A DNA stretch of 64,000 bases, taken from positions 3,720,001 through 3,784,000 of the forward strand of contig CP110439.1 of the NCBI GenBank assembly GCA_026914245.1, given 5' to 3'. Each line of letters starts with the position of its first letter. Position 1 is the first letter of the stretch. The notes under the pieces are model-generated. The model did no database searches. It was not told the origin of the DNA and saw only the letters and a list, made by a program, of their open reading frames with translations. The position numbers were made by a program, and so were the translations under genes. Shown one piece after another: positions 1-10,669 of this stretch. This DNA is from Puccinia triticina (Eukaryota).

Positions 1-920
1 AAACCGGTATCCTCCGGGTCTTCAGTCGTCAATTCAGAGAGTGCTTCAGCAACTTCTTCCTTGTCTTCCGAATTAATAGTATTTAAACGCTGAGATCGAA
101 GTTTGGTCAAAGAATCAATAAGCTGATCAATTTCTTGATCACTCATTTTAATTTTTGAGTTGGTAGAAGTTGAAGCAGGCCAATTCTTTGTTGGAACGAC
201 GTTTCTGAATTTCTTTTCCACAGCTTTGAATTTGTCCTTGTTTGGTTGAACAAATGGCTTTGAAGATACCGCGTTCAGTGATTCAGATTGTTCAGTACGA
301 CTATGTTCAGCGCCCATACGAATGGCAAGTTTTTCAAAAGTAGAAGGTTCAACATCAAAAAGATTTTGAACAAGAGAGGTCAATGAGTCGTCAAATCGAA
401 AGCTTTTGAGGAAAAAAATTCCAGCCATAGTAGTATCAATCTGAGTTTTCGGATGTGATACTTGAGCTGATTTTAACGAAGTATATATAGTTTGAAATTT
501 GCTGATATGGTCTGCGATTGATGTTCCAGGAACGTAATTGAGATGAATGAGTGCGTAAAGCTTGTCACCAAGCTTTACTAAAGATCCTTCACCGCATGCA
601 GCTGCCAAATCTCTCATTGCATCCAAAAAATTGGCAACAGCTTGAACGACAGGGTATAGATTGGCAGAAACGCATAATTCCAGAAGCGTATATGCATTCG
701 AGGTCTTTTCGCGAAACTTCTTTTCCTTTTTGTGTTGTTTGCACCACACGGGATCAAAAACCTCTTCATCTCCTCGTCCAGTAACAAGATGAGTGAACAA
801 CTTCTTCCATTCCGGCCAATTGTCGTGGCAAAGTTTAGTAATTTGGATCTTGTCGCCTCGGTGATCATTATCACTTGAAGAGGAATCATTGATATGAGGG
901 ATTACCGGAAGGTCTGCCAT
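1..920 (-). CDS. Ty1/copia gag N-terminus (open frame running off the left edge of the window)
   Basis: Minus-strand ATG at 920 opens MADLPVIPHIND...ITKLCHDNWPEWKKLF...YVPGTSIADHISKFQTIY..., with no stop seen before base 1. The L-x3-N-W-x2-W-K and SIADHISKF motifs resemble copia gag. A PBS lies immediately upstream. Confidence 0.75.
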   Translation of the reverse strand, partial: MADLPVIPHINDSSSSDNDHRGDKIQITKLCHDNWPEWKKLFTHLVTGRGDEEVFDPVWCKQHKKEKKFREKTSNAYTLLELCVSANLYPVVQAVANFLDAMRDLAAACGEGSLVKLGDKLYALIHLNYVPGTSIADHISKFQTIYTSLKSAQVSHPKTQIDTTMAGIFFLKSFRFDDSLTSLVQNLFDVEPSTFEKLAIRMGAEHSRTEQSESLNAVSSKPFVQPNKDKFKAVEKKFRNVVPTKNWPASTSTNSKIKMSDQEIDQLIDSLTKLRSQRLNTINSEDKEEVAEALSELTTEDPEDTG

Positions 921-983
921 CTTGTTTGAGTTGTATCTAAAAGTGTTTTCTTGTTTTGAGTTCTTATAACTGTCAAGTAATGA

Positions 984-995
984 CTCTCGCTACCA
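984..995 (-). promoter_or_regulatory. Primer-binding site (initiator tRNA-Met type) of the left copia element
   Basis: Minus strand reads ...TTTTCACA|TGGTAGCGAGAG: an LTR end in CA followed directly by TGGTAGC. Confidence 0.75.
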
Positions 996-1232
996 TGTGA
1001 AAATGGTAGGTCAATTACTTTATGGAAACAGTTATTACAAAAGAACTCAATAACAGTAATACACTTGAAATAAATAGAACAATTTGTTAGAATAGTTATT
1101 GATAATAATGATATAATAAAGTAATGAAATAAATACCTAGATACAATGAATCAAAGCAAAGAAAAAATCTTGACACAATGACAATGGCGACGATGTATAA
1201 CAAAAGGAATTTCACGACGAAACAGCCTGACA
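996..1232 (-). mobile_element. 5' LTR of the left copia element (outer boundary uncertain)
   Basis: AT-rich segment next to the PBS, bounded by TG...CA (minus strand TGTCAGG...TTTCACA). The second LTR is outside the window. Confidence 0.45.
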
Positions 1233-1667
1233 AAAAGGAAGTAAATAAGTCAATAGCATGATCCACACGGTAATCGAATAATGTATTTGACTACCTGCCC
1301 AGAAGCTGAATCTAGCTCCTCCTAGATGTTAGCGATCAACGAGCAATGAGATTGAATGTTCGATTTGATTGGTTGATTGTCGAAGAAGAATTGCTTCGAG
1401 TAAGATAGATCGATGATTGACGATTGATCGACAAGGAATGAGATGAGTAAGAAGAAAGGGGGAGAAGAATTTTTTGTCGGCGAGAAGAAGAAGATTGCTG
1501 CTGAGAAGCTGTCCGAATCGATTGACAAGGTATCGGGCATATGCGTCTACCACAGTGCATGCATAGTGATATGCATACACTAACTTATGTGCGGATTTAA
1601 AGTTGACAGCCGCCTTCCCTTTTGCCCTACGGTTCGGCATTCTTCGCACCGGCGTCACCTTCCTATA

Positions 1668-3863
1668 CACCACGGGTGCACTAAAAGTTTTCTGATGGGG
1701 TCCAAAAATAATCTGCTGGTTTTTGGAAATATTTATGGAGAATGTTGGGATAATATTTTCCCAGCCCCTTTGTAAATATTTCCTCCCCTTTTTTTTTGAA
1801 ATGAAATATTTCCGGGGATATCTATGGGAAAGAAAATATTTCCTTGAACTTTTTCAAAAAGTCTCAGGAAATATTCTCATTCCTCTCAAAGTTCAAGGAA
1901 ATATTTCCTCTCACCATCAAAAGTTCACAGAGATATTTACAGTGATTTTTACTGTTTGGCCGGCTCGGGCACAGACGGCAACACACGGCTTTGGCACCGG
2001 TGCGTCACGGACCCAGTTGAGACAACGGGAAATCACCCCCATCGTTGGATGGGTTGGGTCAAATGTTTGGTGGCAGAGGTCACTTATTTAAGTTGTTGAG
2101 GCTGCTGGCAGGGTTCCGTCTGGCCAAAAAAATAAGTTGACACTGGCTGGCCAAAAAAAGCACGTTGACAGCAGGTTGCGCAGCAACCCGCCGAACTCCG
2201 ACCAACCGGAGATTCCAAATTTTTTGCACAAGTCATCTCTTGTCTCCACGTCAACCATCTTGCCTGCAAACACCCCCCCCCCCCCCCCCCCCCAAACACA
2301 CACACACACACCGCACCTCTGATTCCAATCTAACAGGCTTGATTTTTGCCTCCATCTTGCATACGTCCAATAAATTTTTGATCAAAGCAATGGCTCGAGG
2401 AGAAAATGTCCAAAGGGCTCCCCAGCCGAAGTGAGTCATGTCATTGTTTTCTTATCATTTCTGGTGTGCGTGAGGCTACCCAGATGGCAATGCTCACATG
2501 TTTTGTTCTCCACATATTTGGCTTTCAACAGAATGGGACGATCTCAACGAGGGCGCATTCATGAGGGCCATGGAGTCCTTGATGAAAGAATTGAACGCCG
2601 GGGCAGGCACAGATCCAAGGAATTGGAAGGCGATATACTTCATCTCATTCCATCTCATTCAATTCTGAATCAAAGATGCTCATGTATTTATTTCTTTCTC
2701 CTTAGCTTTCTAAATACGAAGTCACCCCTGCCACTGTTGGCGGAGCCGAGACTGTCGAGCAAGGGACTTATGAGCGTGATCCCGCGACCGGAAAATTCAG
2801 AGATGAAGATATAGCTCGGATCCTCAGGGACGCGACATACGATGTCGCTGGAGCTTTTGGGGCCCAACACACGCCCGCTGTGCTCCGATGGATCGATTGC
2901 CAAGGAATGCGGACGGCCAGGTGTGTTGATTTGCTGCCATGTTTGTAACTTGAGCCATTGCTGATTGCTCATGTTTTATTAGAGATGTATGGCGAGCTTG
3001 CACGTTGAATGAGTTTAGGGAGTACCTGGGCTTAAAAGCGTTCGAGAGCTTTAAGGAGTGGAACTCAGACAAAACGATTGTCAGTCCTCGATCTTGATGA
3101 TCAACGCATTTGACTGAATGCTAACACAGTTTTTCTTTGAATGACTCATATGCCACAGGCAAACACCATGGAAGATCTGGTTGGTCGCCAACGCTGATAC
3201 TAGTATCAATAGCGGTCTAGATTGATATATATATATATACCAATCTCCTCTTTTATTCTAGTATACATCTTTTCTGTTGTTCTTACTATCTTTTTGCTTG
3301 CAATGAAAATAATCCGGGCTTCCTGTTGGGATGATGCCGGATTGATGTGTGTAGTATTTTTGAAAATATTATTGAAAATATTTCACTCGAGAAAAATGAG
3401 GCACCAAAATATTGTGAGCAATATTTTTGGTTCTCATGAATATTTTGTCCAACAAAATGTGGATATTGGAACATTTTGCATGATAAAAATGGTTTATTAG
3501 AATATTTTGTAGGATAAAACTTGATTAACATAATATTTTCCTGGATATGTGGTGGGATTCGAGATATTTTCCCAAAAATTTTGGTTTTCTCATCATCAAT
3601 ATCTTCAAAAAAATTGTAAAAACCACTCTGAGTGGTTTCTGAGATATTTTCAAAATATTTAGGGGGAGATATCCCGGAAAATATTTCCTAAATTTATGAA
3701 AAATATTTCAGAAACCACTCAGAGTGGTTTCTGAGATATTCTCAAAATATCACAAACGCGGATGCTGTGACTCGTTCCTGGCGACGTCCGTTCTGAATGA
3801 ACTGGAAAATATTTCCAAGCCGGATTCAATCCGGCTTCGGAATATCTTTTTGCACCCGTGGTG
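1668..3863. mobile_element. Non-autonomous TA-targeting TIR transposon carrying a captured host gene fragment
   Basis: TA|CACCACGGGTGCA...TGCACCCGTGGTG|TA. Many GGAAATATTT-like subterminal repeats and AAACCACTC(T/A)GAGTGGTTT palindromes. No transposase seen. Confidence 0.85.
2387..3180 (+). pseudogene. Captured fragment of a linoleate diol synthase / fatty-acid dioxygenase (heme peroxidase family), with introns
   Basis: Spliced exons give ...YERDPATGKFRDEDIARILRDATYDVAGAFGAQHTPAVLRWIDCQGMRTAR^DVWRACTLNEFREYLGLKAFESFKEWNSDKTI^ANTMEDL, matching the fungal Ppo/LDS peroxidase segment (GAFGA..TP...AR.W...TLNEFR..LGLK.F..F.EWN). Confidence 0.8.
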
Positions 3864-4697
3864 TAGATGGAGGATCTGGCGACGTATGCTGCCGCATTGA
3901 AGTTCACCCGCTCAACCATCCACAGTCCAAGATCTTTGGCAAACAGAGGCTCTTAGTTCTTGCTCATTTCGCGGGACCAAGGCACGGCCAGATTAAGGAA
4001 GTCTATGGCTTGCGCTTTGATAACGGGTTGATTGGATACGTTGCCCATGGGTCAATCTAATTTGGCTCCGCGCTGGCCAGTTTGATGATGCAAGGCTTAC
4101 GGCACACCCAGATCGCGCAAGATGCGGTGGAGTTTTTCGAGCCATATGAGTCCAGGCAAAGAGTCGGGCGACAAACAAGGGGGTTGCAGGGCCCAACTTA
4201 CTCTTGAATCTCTGTCATATTTCGTCGTCCTCTTCCCCATCGCCGTCCACTCTCCTCCAGCTCTTCGGTCTCACTCATGTTGGCCGCTGCGGCTTCGACG
4301 CACCTCGCGGTCTCTTACGGCTTCATCGTCAATCAACCCCACATGCCCGACCACGAAACAGACCTCCTGTTAATCGCTGTCTTCGGCTCTCTCCATGGAC
4401 CTTGGCTACATTTACTGCACTCTGTTAAAACATAATGAATGCAAGACTTTAGTTTGTAATTTTATCAAAATTAATTTGCCTACAAAGATGGATAAAGGTG
4501 AAGCCTATACAGGGTAAAAAAACAGATATCTGAGCAGCGTGGGAAAGATGATTTGCAGTACCTTAGCCAGCCCTGATAGGATTTTCAGCTGGAAAAGCTG
4601 GCTAGCCTGTCAAAGGGAAAGATGATTAGAAGAGTTGAAAATGAGCACTGGTTTCTGTGGAGGAAAAAATAATTGACAGGGGGCTGATGCCCTTGCA

Positions 4698-4722
4698 GCG
4701 GCGAAGCCGCCTTGGCCTCTAG
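4698..4722 (+). mobile_element. Helitron 3' terminus (hairpin + CTAG)
   Basis: GCGGC-GAA-GCCGC hairpin, then CTTGGCCT CTAG|T. Confidence 0.65.
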
Positions 4723-4768
4723 TTTGTACTCAACAAATATGCTTACAGTAATTGATATTTGTTGCAAG

Positions 4769-5508
4769 CAGGGCATAGCACGGTGGTATTCAACACTTTT
4801 TTTGGGCCCCTAAAATACTGATTCGTCAAATATTCAAGCATTTGGAGATATTCAACAGAAAAACTTCCAAAATACATTAAAAACACCAAAAAATTACATT
4901 TTTTGTGTTTTTGACTTATTTTGGCCCATTTCTGGGCCACATAATTTTGAGGGGGTCATCTGTCAAAAATATCATGGTGCCAAAGGCGCTTATAATATTG
5001 CCGGAGGCATATCTCATAATGGCGGACGCACTATTCAGAGTGCTGGATGCACTTTTGATAGTGGCGGACGCACTTTTCATAGTGGCGGGCGCACTTTTCA
5101 TAGTGGCGGACACACTTTTCATAGTGGCGGATGCACTTTTCATAGTGGCGGACGCACTTTTCATAGTGGCAGACGCACTTTTCATAGTGGCAGACGCACT
5201 TTTCATAGTGGCGGACGCACTTTTCATAGTGGCGGACACACTTTTCATAGTGGCGGACGCACTTTTCAAAGTGCCAGAGGCAGATTTTTTTTATTGTGTT
5301 GCACCAAAGGGGCTGGTAGAGGGCCTGTGCAAACTCATTTGAGGCCTTTGGGCCCCAGAGAAGCTTGCATTGGCCCTCTACACGCCCCTTTGAGCCATTA
5401 ATCAAATTTTTCAAATATTCAAGCTTAAATTTGCCCAGGCATTATTTGACTTGAATTGAATTTGAATAAAAATACTCAAATCGATTCGATTCAATGTGCT
5501 ATGCCCTG
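4769..5508. mobile_element. hAT-type MITE
   Basis: 13-bp TIR CAGGGCATAGCAC/GTGCTATGCCCTG. 8-bp TSD GTTGCAAG/GTTTCAAG (one mismatch). Confidence 0.85.
5015..5280. repeat. 21-bp minisatellite (about 12 copies) inside the hAT MITE
   Basis: Unit GACGCACTTTTCATAGTGGCG, which explains the repetitive ORFs on both strands. Confidence 0.95.
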
Positions 5509-6520
5509 GTTTCAAGTAGAATAACAGCAATCATTGGCAAGGAGGTTTCATTTCTTTCTTATAATGGACTGGGTCTGAGAGAAAGATCCAGTAGCATCCT
5601 AGAAATAACTTGTGTCCTCTCATTTCTGTTTTCCCATATATTCAAAGTGTTTGAAGCCTTGAAATAGGAGGAGGTGATTGGCTTATTTTTGGTGATTGGG
5701 TGATTGAGGTGTTTGTCAGAATTCTATTTCCAATGATCAATGGTTGCTCATGGGGGTTCACCAGTGAGTTTAAAACAGTGGTTTTCCAGGACATGAATTG
5801 TCTTTTGGGTTTTGTCTTAAGTTGGAGGTATCTGTCATTAATGTTTTGAATCAGTTTTTATTTTTTGGAGATTTTGAGACAATGCAGATTGGGCCTTGTG
5901 ATGTTATCCCAACACAATATCATTTGTATTGGATTTTGTTGGAGGGAAGTATTTAAGTCTGGAATCACTTTATTCACTTATCTGATCAGTTCTCTTTGGG
6001 ATGAGTCAGGTTTTCCAGAGGGGGTACATAGATCAGGCTGCCTGAGATCCTGGTTTTACATTAATTGAGGGGAATCTGGGGGATTTGAACTGATTTGTTT
6101 TTGTGCTCTTTTGAACTTACAGGTCTGCCCAGCTGATTTGTTTTTCTGCCATTTGATAGAGTAACACTCCCTCAAAGGAGAGGTGCCAGGGATTCAAGAG
6201 ATTTATACTCTCTTCAATAAGAGGTGCCAGTAATTCAAGAGAATCACACTCTCTTCATTGAGAGGTGCCAACCATCCAAGAGAGTTATATTCTCTTCGAT
6301 GACTGAAACCCACAATTCAAAAGAGTCAAGATCTTCAATGAATGGTCTCCAGAATTCAAAAAAAGTAATACTTGCTTCAATGACTGGTACACACCATTCA
6401 AAATAGTTAAACTGTCTTCAAGAACCAGTAACAGTCATCAATATTTCTACACAATCTCTGGATGATTAATGTTACTGAACACTTTGCCAGATAGATTTCC
6501 CCTGTACCCCAAAAAGTGCA

Positions 6521-6545
6521 GTGGCAAAGCCGCCTTGGCCTCTAG
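6521..6545 (+). mobile_element. Second Helitron 3' terminus of the same family
   Basis: GTGGCAAAGCCGCCTTGGCCTCTAG|T, a decayed copy of 4698-4722. Confidence 0.6.
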
Positions 6546-7006
6546 TAACTTTAATGGCACACAGAATATACACCATAGAAACATTTCTGAAATTTTTAGA
6601 CTCTTTATATAAATGTGTAACAAAAATTTATACAGGTAGCAGTCATTTTCCTACTAAGCACACCACGTACCCGCCACATACCTATTTTTTTCTCTCAAAA
6701 ATTTCAAAGGAAGCTTCAAATGCATGTTTAAATGTTCCCTAAATTTTTTGGAACCCTGGTCCATGTAACAAAAAAGATATTCCCTTAGTACACACTTGGG
6801 AAAAGGGGGTATGCAAAAAATTAATTAAATCATTTAAAGTTGCTTTTTTGGAATTTTAAATGCATGATAATTCTTTTCAGGACTTTAGATAAATTTTAAG
6901 CCTATTTGCGTTGCGTAGAAATGAGTAGAAAGAAACCGGGTACGCACACGGAAAAGGGGGTACGCAAAAACCAGGTACAGACACGGAAAAACCAGGTACA
7001 TTTATT

Positions 7007-7150
7007 GGAAGACTTCCCGTCAATCTGGGAACTCAGATTTTTCCAGATTTTGCGGGGAAATCTGGGCTCAATCGTCAAATCCTAGATCTGCCTAGATTTC
7101 CCTGCAAAATCTGGGAAAATCTGGGTTTCCAGATCGGTGGGAAGTCCTCC
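7007..7150. mobile_element. Tourist-like (PIF/Harbinger) MITE A
   Basis: ATT|GGAAGACTTCCC...GGGAAGTCCTCC|ATT, with an internally palindromic body. Confidence 0.8.
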
Positions 7151-7153
7151 ATT

Positions 7154-7304
7154 GGAGGACTTCCCGTCGCCTAAAAGGCTTGATTTAGAGGAGGCCGCTA
7201 AACCTTGTTTGCTGGTGAAAACTCAATATCAATCAAACTTCACCAGCCAGTAAGGTTTAGCCTGTCCCTCTAGATTAAGCAATTTAGCCAATGGGAAGTC
7301 CTCC
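7154..7304. mobile_element. Tourist-like (PIF/Harbinger) MITE B
   Basis: ATT|GGAGGACTTCCC...GGGAAGTCCTCC|ATT. Shares the middle ATT with MITE A. Confidence 0.8.
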
Positions 7305-7339
7305 ATTAACCCCCTAAAATTATGCAAACCAACTTTGAA

Positions 7340-7760
7340 CATCATAGTTGTTTCAAAACTAAGTTTGTGTAATAACCCCTCCGGGAGTCCGAGTGTTAGG
7401 TCGCGCAGCGACGACCAAACCTGAAGACTTGCGTTAAATTTTGCCTCTTTCCTGTCTTCTATCATGTCTTCTGTCAAACGGTTTCTATTATTCGTGCCCT
7501 GTCATCCCGTGTTGTTTCAAAACTTCCTGTCTTCAAGCCCGCTGTCACCTCCAGGTTTGTATGATAACCCCTCCGGCTGTAACTTGTAAGGTCGCGCAGC
7601 AGCGACCGAAACTGATGACTTGCGTTAAATTTTACCTCTTTCCTGTTTTCTATCATGTCTTCTGTCAACCGGATTCTATTACTCATGGTTTGTGCTCTGT
7701 TGGCCTGTCGTGTTTCAAAATTTCGTGTCTTCAAGCCTGTTGTAAGGAAGTTTGTAATTG
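7340..7760. repeat. Imperfect tandem duplication, period about 190 bp
   Basis: ATAACCCCTCCGG...GGTCGCGCAGC...CTTGCGTTAAATTTT...CTATCATGTCTTCTGTCAA recurs at about 7372 and 7564. Confidence 0.8.
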
Positions 7761-8277
7761 AACATCCTTTACCAACAGCCCCCCGCCTTTTGAGATTGAA
7801 ATCCCATCCAGTCTGTGTGAAAAATGCGTTACCATGCTATGTACTCCAGGATGAGGAAATGGGCTAAGATCGATTTATGTGCGGCGTTCACGTCTCTGCT
7901 AATACCTATTCCAAAGCATCAGTGCATTGTGAATCCAACAATCTGGCCTAGTCCTATATTCCGAATTGTTTTAACGAGGTGAGGGAGGGCCGGTGACATG
8001 ACGGCTCGAGTTTGTACCAGCGGTTGAAGTTCATATGCAACACAAAAACTGATTTCTTCACTGTCGGAAGAAATCAGATCACCCTTTGGCCATACATGCC
8101 TCAAGTTCACTGTGACGGCTTTCAGGGAGAGTTCTCATCCAGATTGCGCTTATAAAGACTCCACGACGACCCTCGAACACTCCAACAATCTGCAAAATTG
8201 AAAGCCCACTCGTATTACGTCCGCAGCTTTTTTTTTGTGGTTCACACATTTTTCAATCCCTTTTCCTGCCTTCTTCA

Positions 8278-10521
8278 ATGTCTATTTTCTTGCAAATAAT
8301 AGTGGTAATGGCTGTATGCCTCTTTCAAGTAGCAAGGAGCATGCTTCCATTTGCACATGGTTTCGTACACCATGGGGAACCAGGTGCATAGATCTTTTCA
8401 TTTTCTAGGCGCACCATATTCCGAGCAGCACGATGTAAATTGATATCAATATCTCCTTTAGTAATTGATACTCCTACCAGAGGTTCAGCAGACTCCAAAA
8501 GCTCTCAGCTTGCACGAGAGCTTTTTGCATCTGCCAAAGGAAGTGATTGGACGGTTGACCAGATGCCAAATCTCCAAGGTCAATCCAAAATTCTGTACTA
8601 GATTTTCACATCCTTAATGGTTCAATACTCAACATTGTCTATCATCCCCTTTGTTATCCACAGGCCGGATTGCCATTGTCACAGGTGGAGTTGACAAAGC
8701 TCGAAATCTAATGAGGGCTGCCTCAATCAAATGGTTAACAAAATGGCTCTTGAATTTTTTTACAGGTTCTAGTACTGGTATAGGCTACTCTACGGCTTTG
8801 GAACTCGCTCGCCATGGCGCAAAAGTCTAGTGAGCATTGGAATCGAAAATTGGGTTGAACCCAAAAACAGACAAGTCCAGAGGGAATCTAACGGACTTCC
8901 GTTGAACAGTCTGGCATGTAGGGCTGACAAGGACACCACGGACGCGATCAAAAAGATCAATGTCATTGTGCCAGGTTCAAACCCTCAATTTCTACATTTG
9001 GACATCACCTCACTCAAATCTGCCCATTCGGCAGCTCATGAGTTCCTCGGGAAGGAAGACAGGCTCGATATCCTGGTGAACAACGCTGGAATAGTCTGAG
9101 TTGATTTTTTTTTCACCACACTCTAGACACCTCAAGCCTTTCATGTTTCTGATTATTGATTTTCTTTTTTCTCTATTTGGGCATGTCTTGACGGTCCTCC
9201 AGGCGTTTACACCATATCAGCTAAGCGAAGATGGCATTGAGCTGCAGCTTTGCAACGCTATTGGTCACTTTGCATTCACGTTCCCATTGCTAGACTTGCT
9301 CAAAAAGACGTCCAAAGAGCCGGGTTCGCATGTTCGAATTGTCAATGTTGCCAGTGTAGCGCACTCGTGGGTAAAGGGCACCCCGGATTTCTCGTCGGTG
9401 GACAGCTTAAATAGACACTCGTACTTCACTACGGACCGGTACGGCTTGAGTAAGCTAATGGTAAGTTCATCTGATTGTTTTGCCGCATAGAAGATCAGAT
9501 TTTCTGGGTTGGATTTGTAAAGGAAAACTGACGGGCAATTACTGCAATCTTCATAAAAAATACTTTTTACCAACGAGCTACAAAGGAGGCTCAGCTCTAC
9601 AAGAATCATTTGTACATCAGTTGTAAGTCTTTTTCACTGGGAAAGTTACCTCCAGCAAATCATCATTTGGAGGCTGATGGATTTTCAAAATGTAACTCTA
9701 AAGCATCCTGGTGGGGTAAACACTAAACTTGCAACTGGTAGGTTTATTTATTGCATTGAGATTGAGTTATAGTTGAAAGAATTAAGCATTGATGCAAGTT
9801 TTTGATAATCAAAATATAGGTGTTTTGCCAGTGAAATGTCTTCAACAGTCTTTTTTCCCCGTGAGCTGAAGCACCAGTGTCAATACTATATATTTCACAA
9901 AGAACCTGCTGATATTTCCTGGCATGATTGTCTGTCTAGTGGGCAATTAGTAAGGTTTTACTGACACCAAAGGATGGTGCATTCAATTCCCTATATGCTG
10001 CCACAGCACTTGAGTTAGAGGATAAAGATTTAAGGTGAGGCTGATTTTCTTTGTTTGGCCACTCATATCTGGCTTTGTATTGGAAAAATATGTAAATACC
10101 CTGAGCTTCAATGTTGATGATTAAGGTAATACTTTTCCTATGCAGGGCTGCTTATCTTCACCCATTTGGGGTGGTTACTATACCCTCAGTACTTGCTCAA
10201 GATACGACTCAGGCCAAAAAACTCTGGGACCTGTGTGAAAAACTTGTCAGAGAAAAGGTGGCAGATTACCATCCAGATGGTCCAAAATCACATGGGATGG
10301 TGACAAGAACTTCAGATCTCGCCCAAAACCCGACTCTTGCAAAAACGTTTTGGAATGTGTACAAGAAACAGACTCTGAAAGAAAACGTGGCAAGTCACCA
10401 GTCAATAGGTGTTCAAAATGTCCTAGCATCTTCTTCACTTGTGAAAAGTATGGCAATTTATGGCCTTCTTTTTTCGAGCTTTCTCCTTCTTTTCGCTCGG
10501 AAGGCGGAAAGGTTTGTCTGA
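8278..10521 (+). CDS. Short-chain dehydrogenase/reductase (retinol-dehydrogenase/WWOX-like subgroup), multi-exon
   Basis: Spliced product contains WTVDQMPNLQGRIAIVTGSSTGIG (TGxxxGxG), LDILVNNAG, RIVNVASVAH, YGLSK (YxxxK), HPGGVNT and AKKLWDLCEKLV. Hydrophobic N-terminus MSIFLQIIVVMAVCLFQVARS. Confidence 0.9.
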
Positions 10522-10669
10522 TGTGCTTTAGTTGAATCATTGTTATCCTTTATGCCTTATTGCGATACAACCTAGGAAAAGTTTTAATTGCCCAATAAGA
10601 CGTTGACTTTCTCACATACATCCCAAATTTGGCTTTAGTTTTCTTGTGTCTTTTTCAAGCCTCATCTTT

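Larger units (their letters stand above)
1329..4180 (-). pseudogene. Decayed ORF of unknown function split by the 1668-3863 insertion
   Basis: Removing the TIR element and one TA joins ...NAAAYVARSSI|YRKVTPVRRMPNRR... in frame. There are in-frame stops upstream. Confidence 0.5.

Noticed and set aside
2272..2312. Poly-C/CA tract giving poly-Pro/Gly ORFs
   Set aside because: Simple sequence with no evidence of coding function.
4905..5414. Repetitive ORFs (ADALFIV)n, (MKSASAT)n, (HYEKCVR)n and a CRISPR-like look
   Set aside because: These are translations of a 21-bp minisatellite inside a MITE. There are no unique spacers and the context is eukaryotic.
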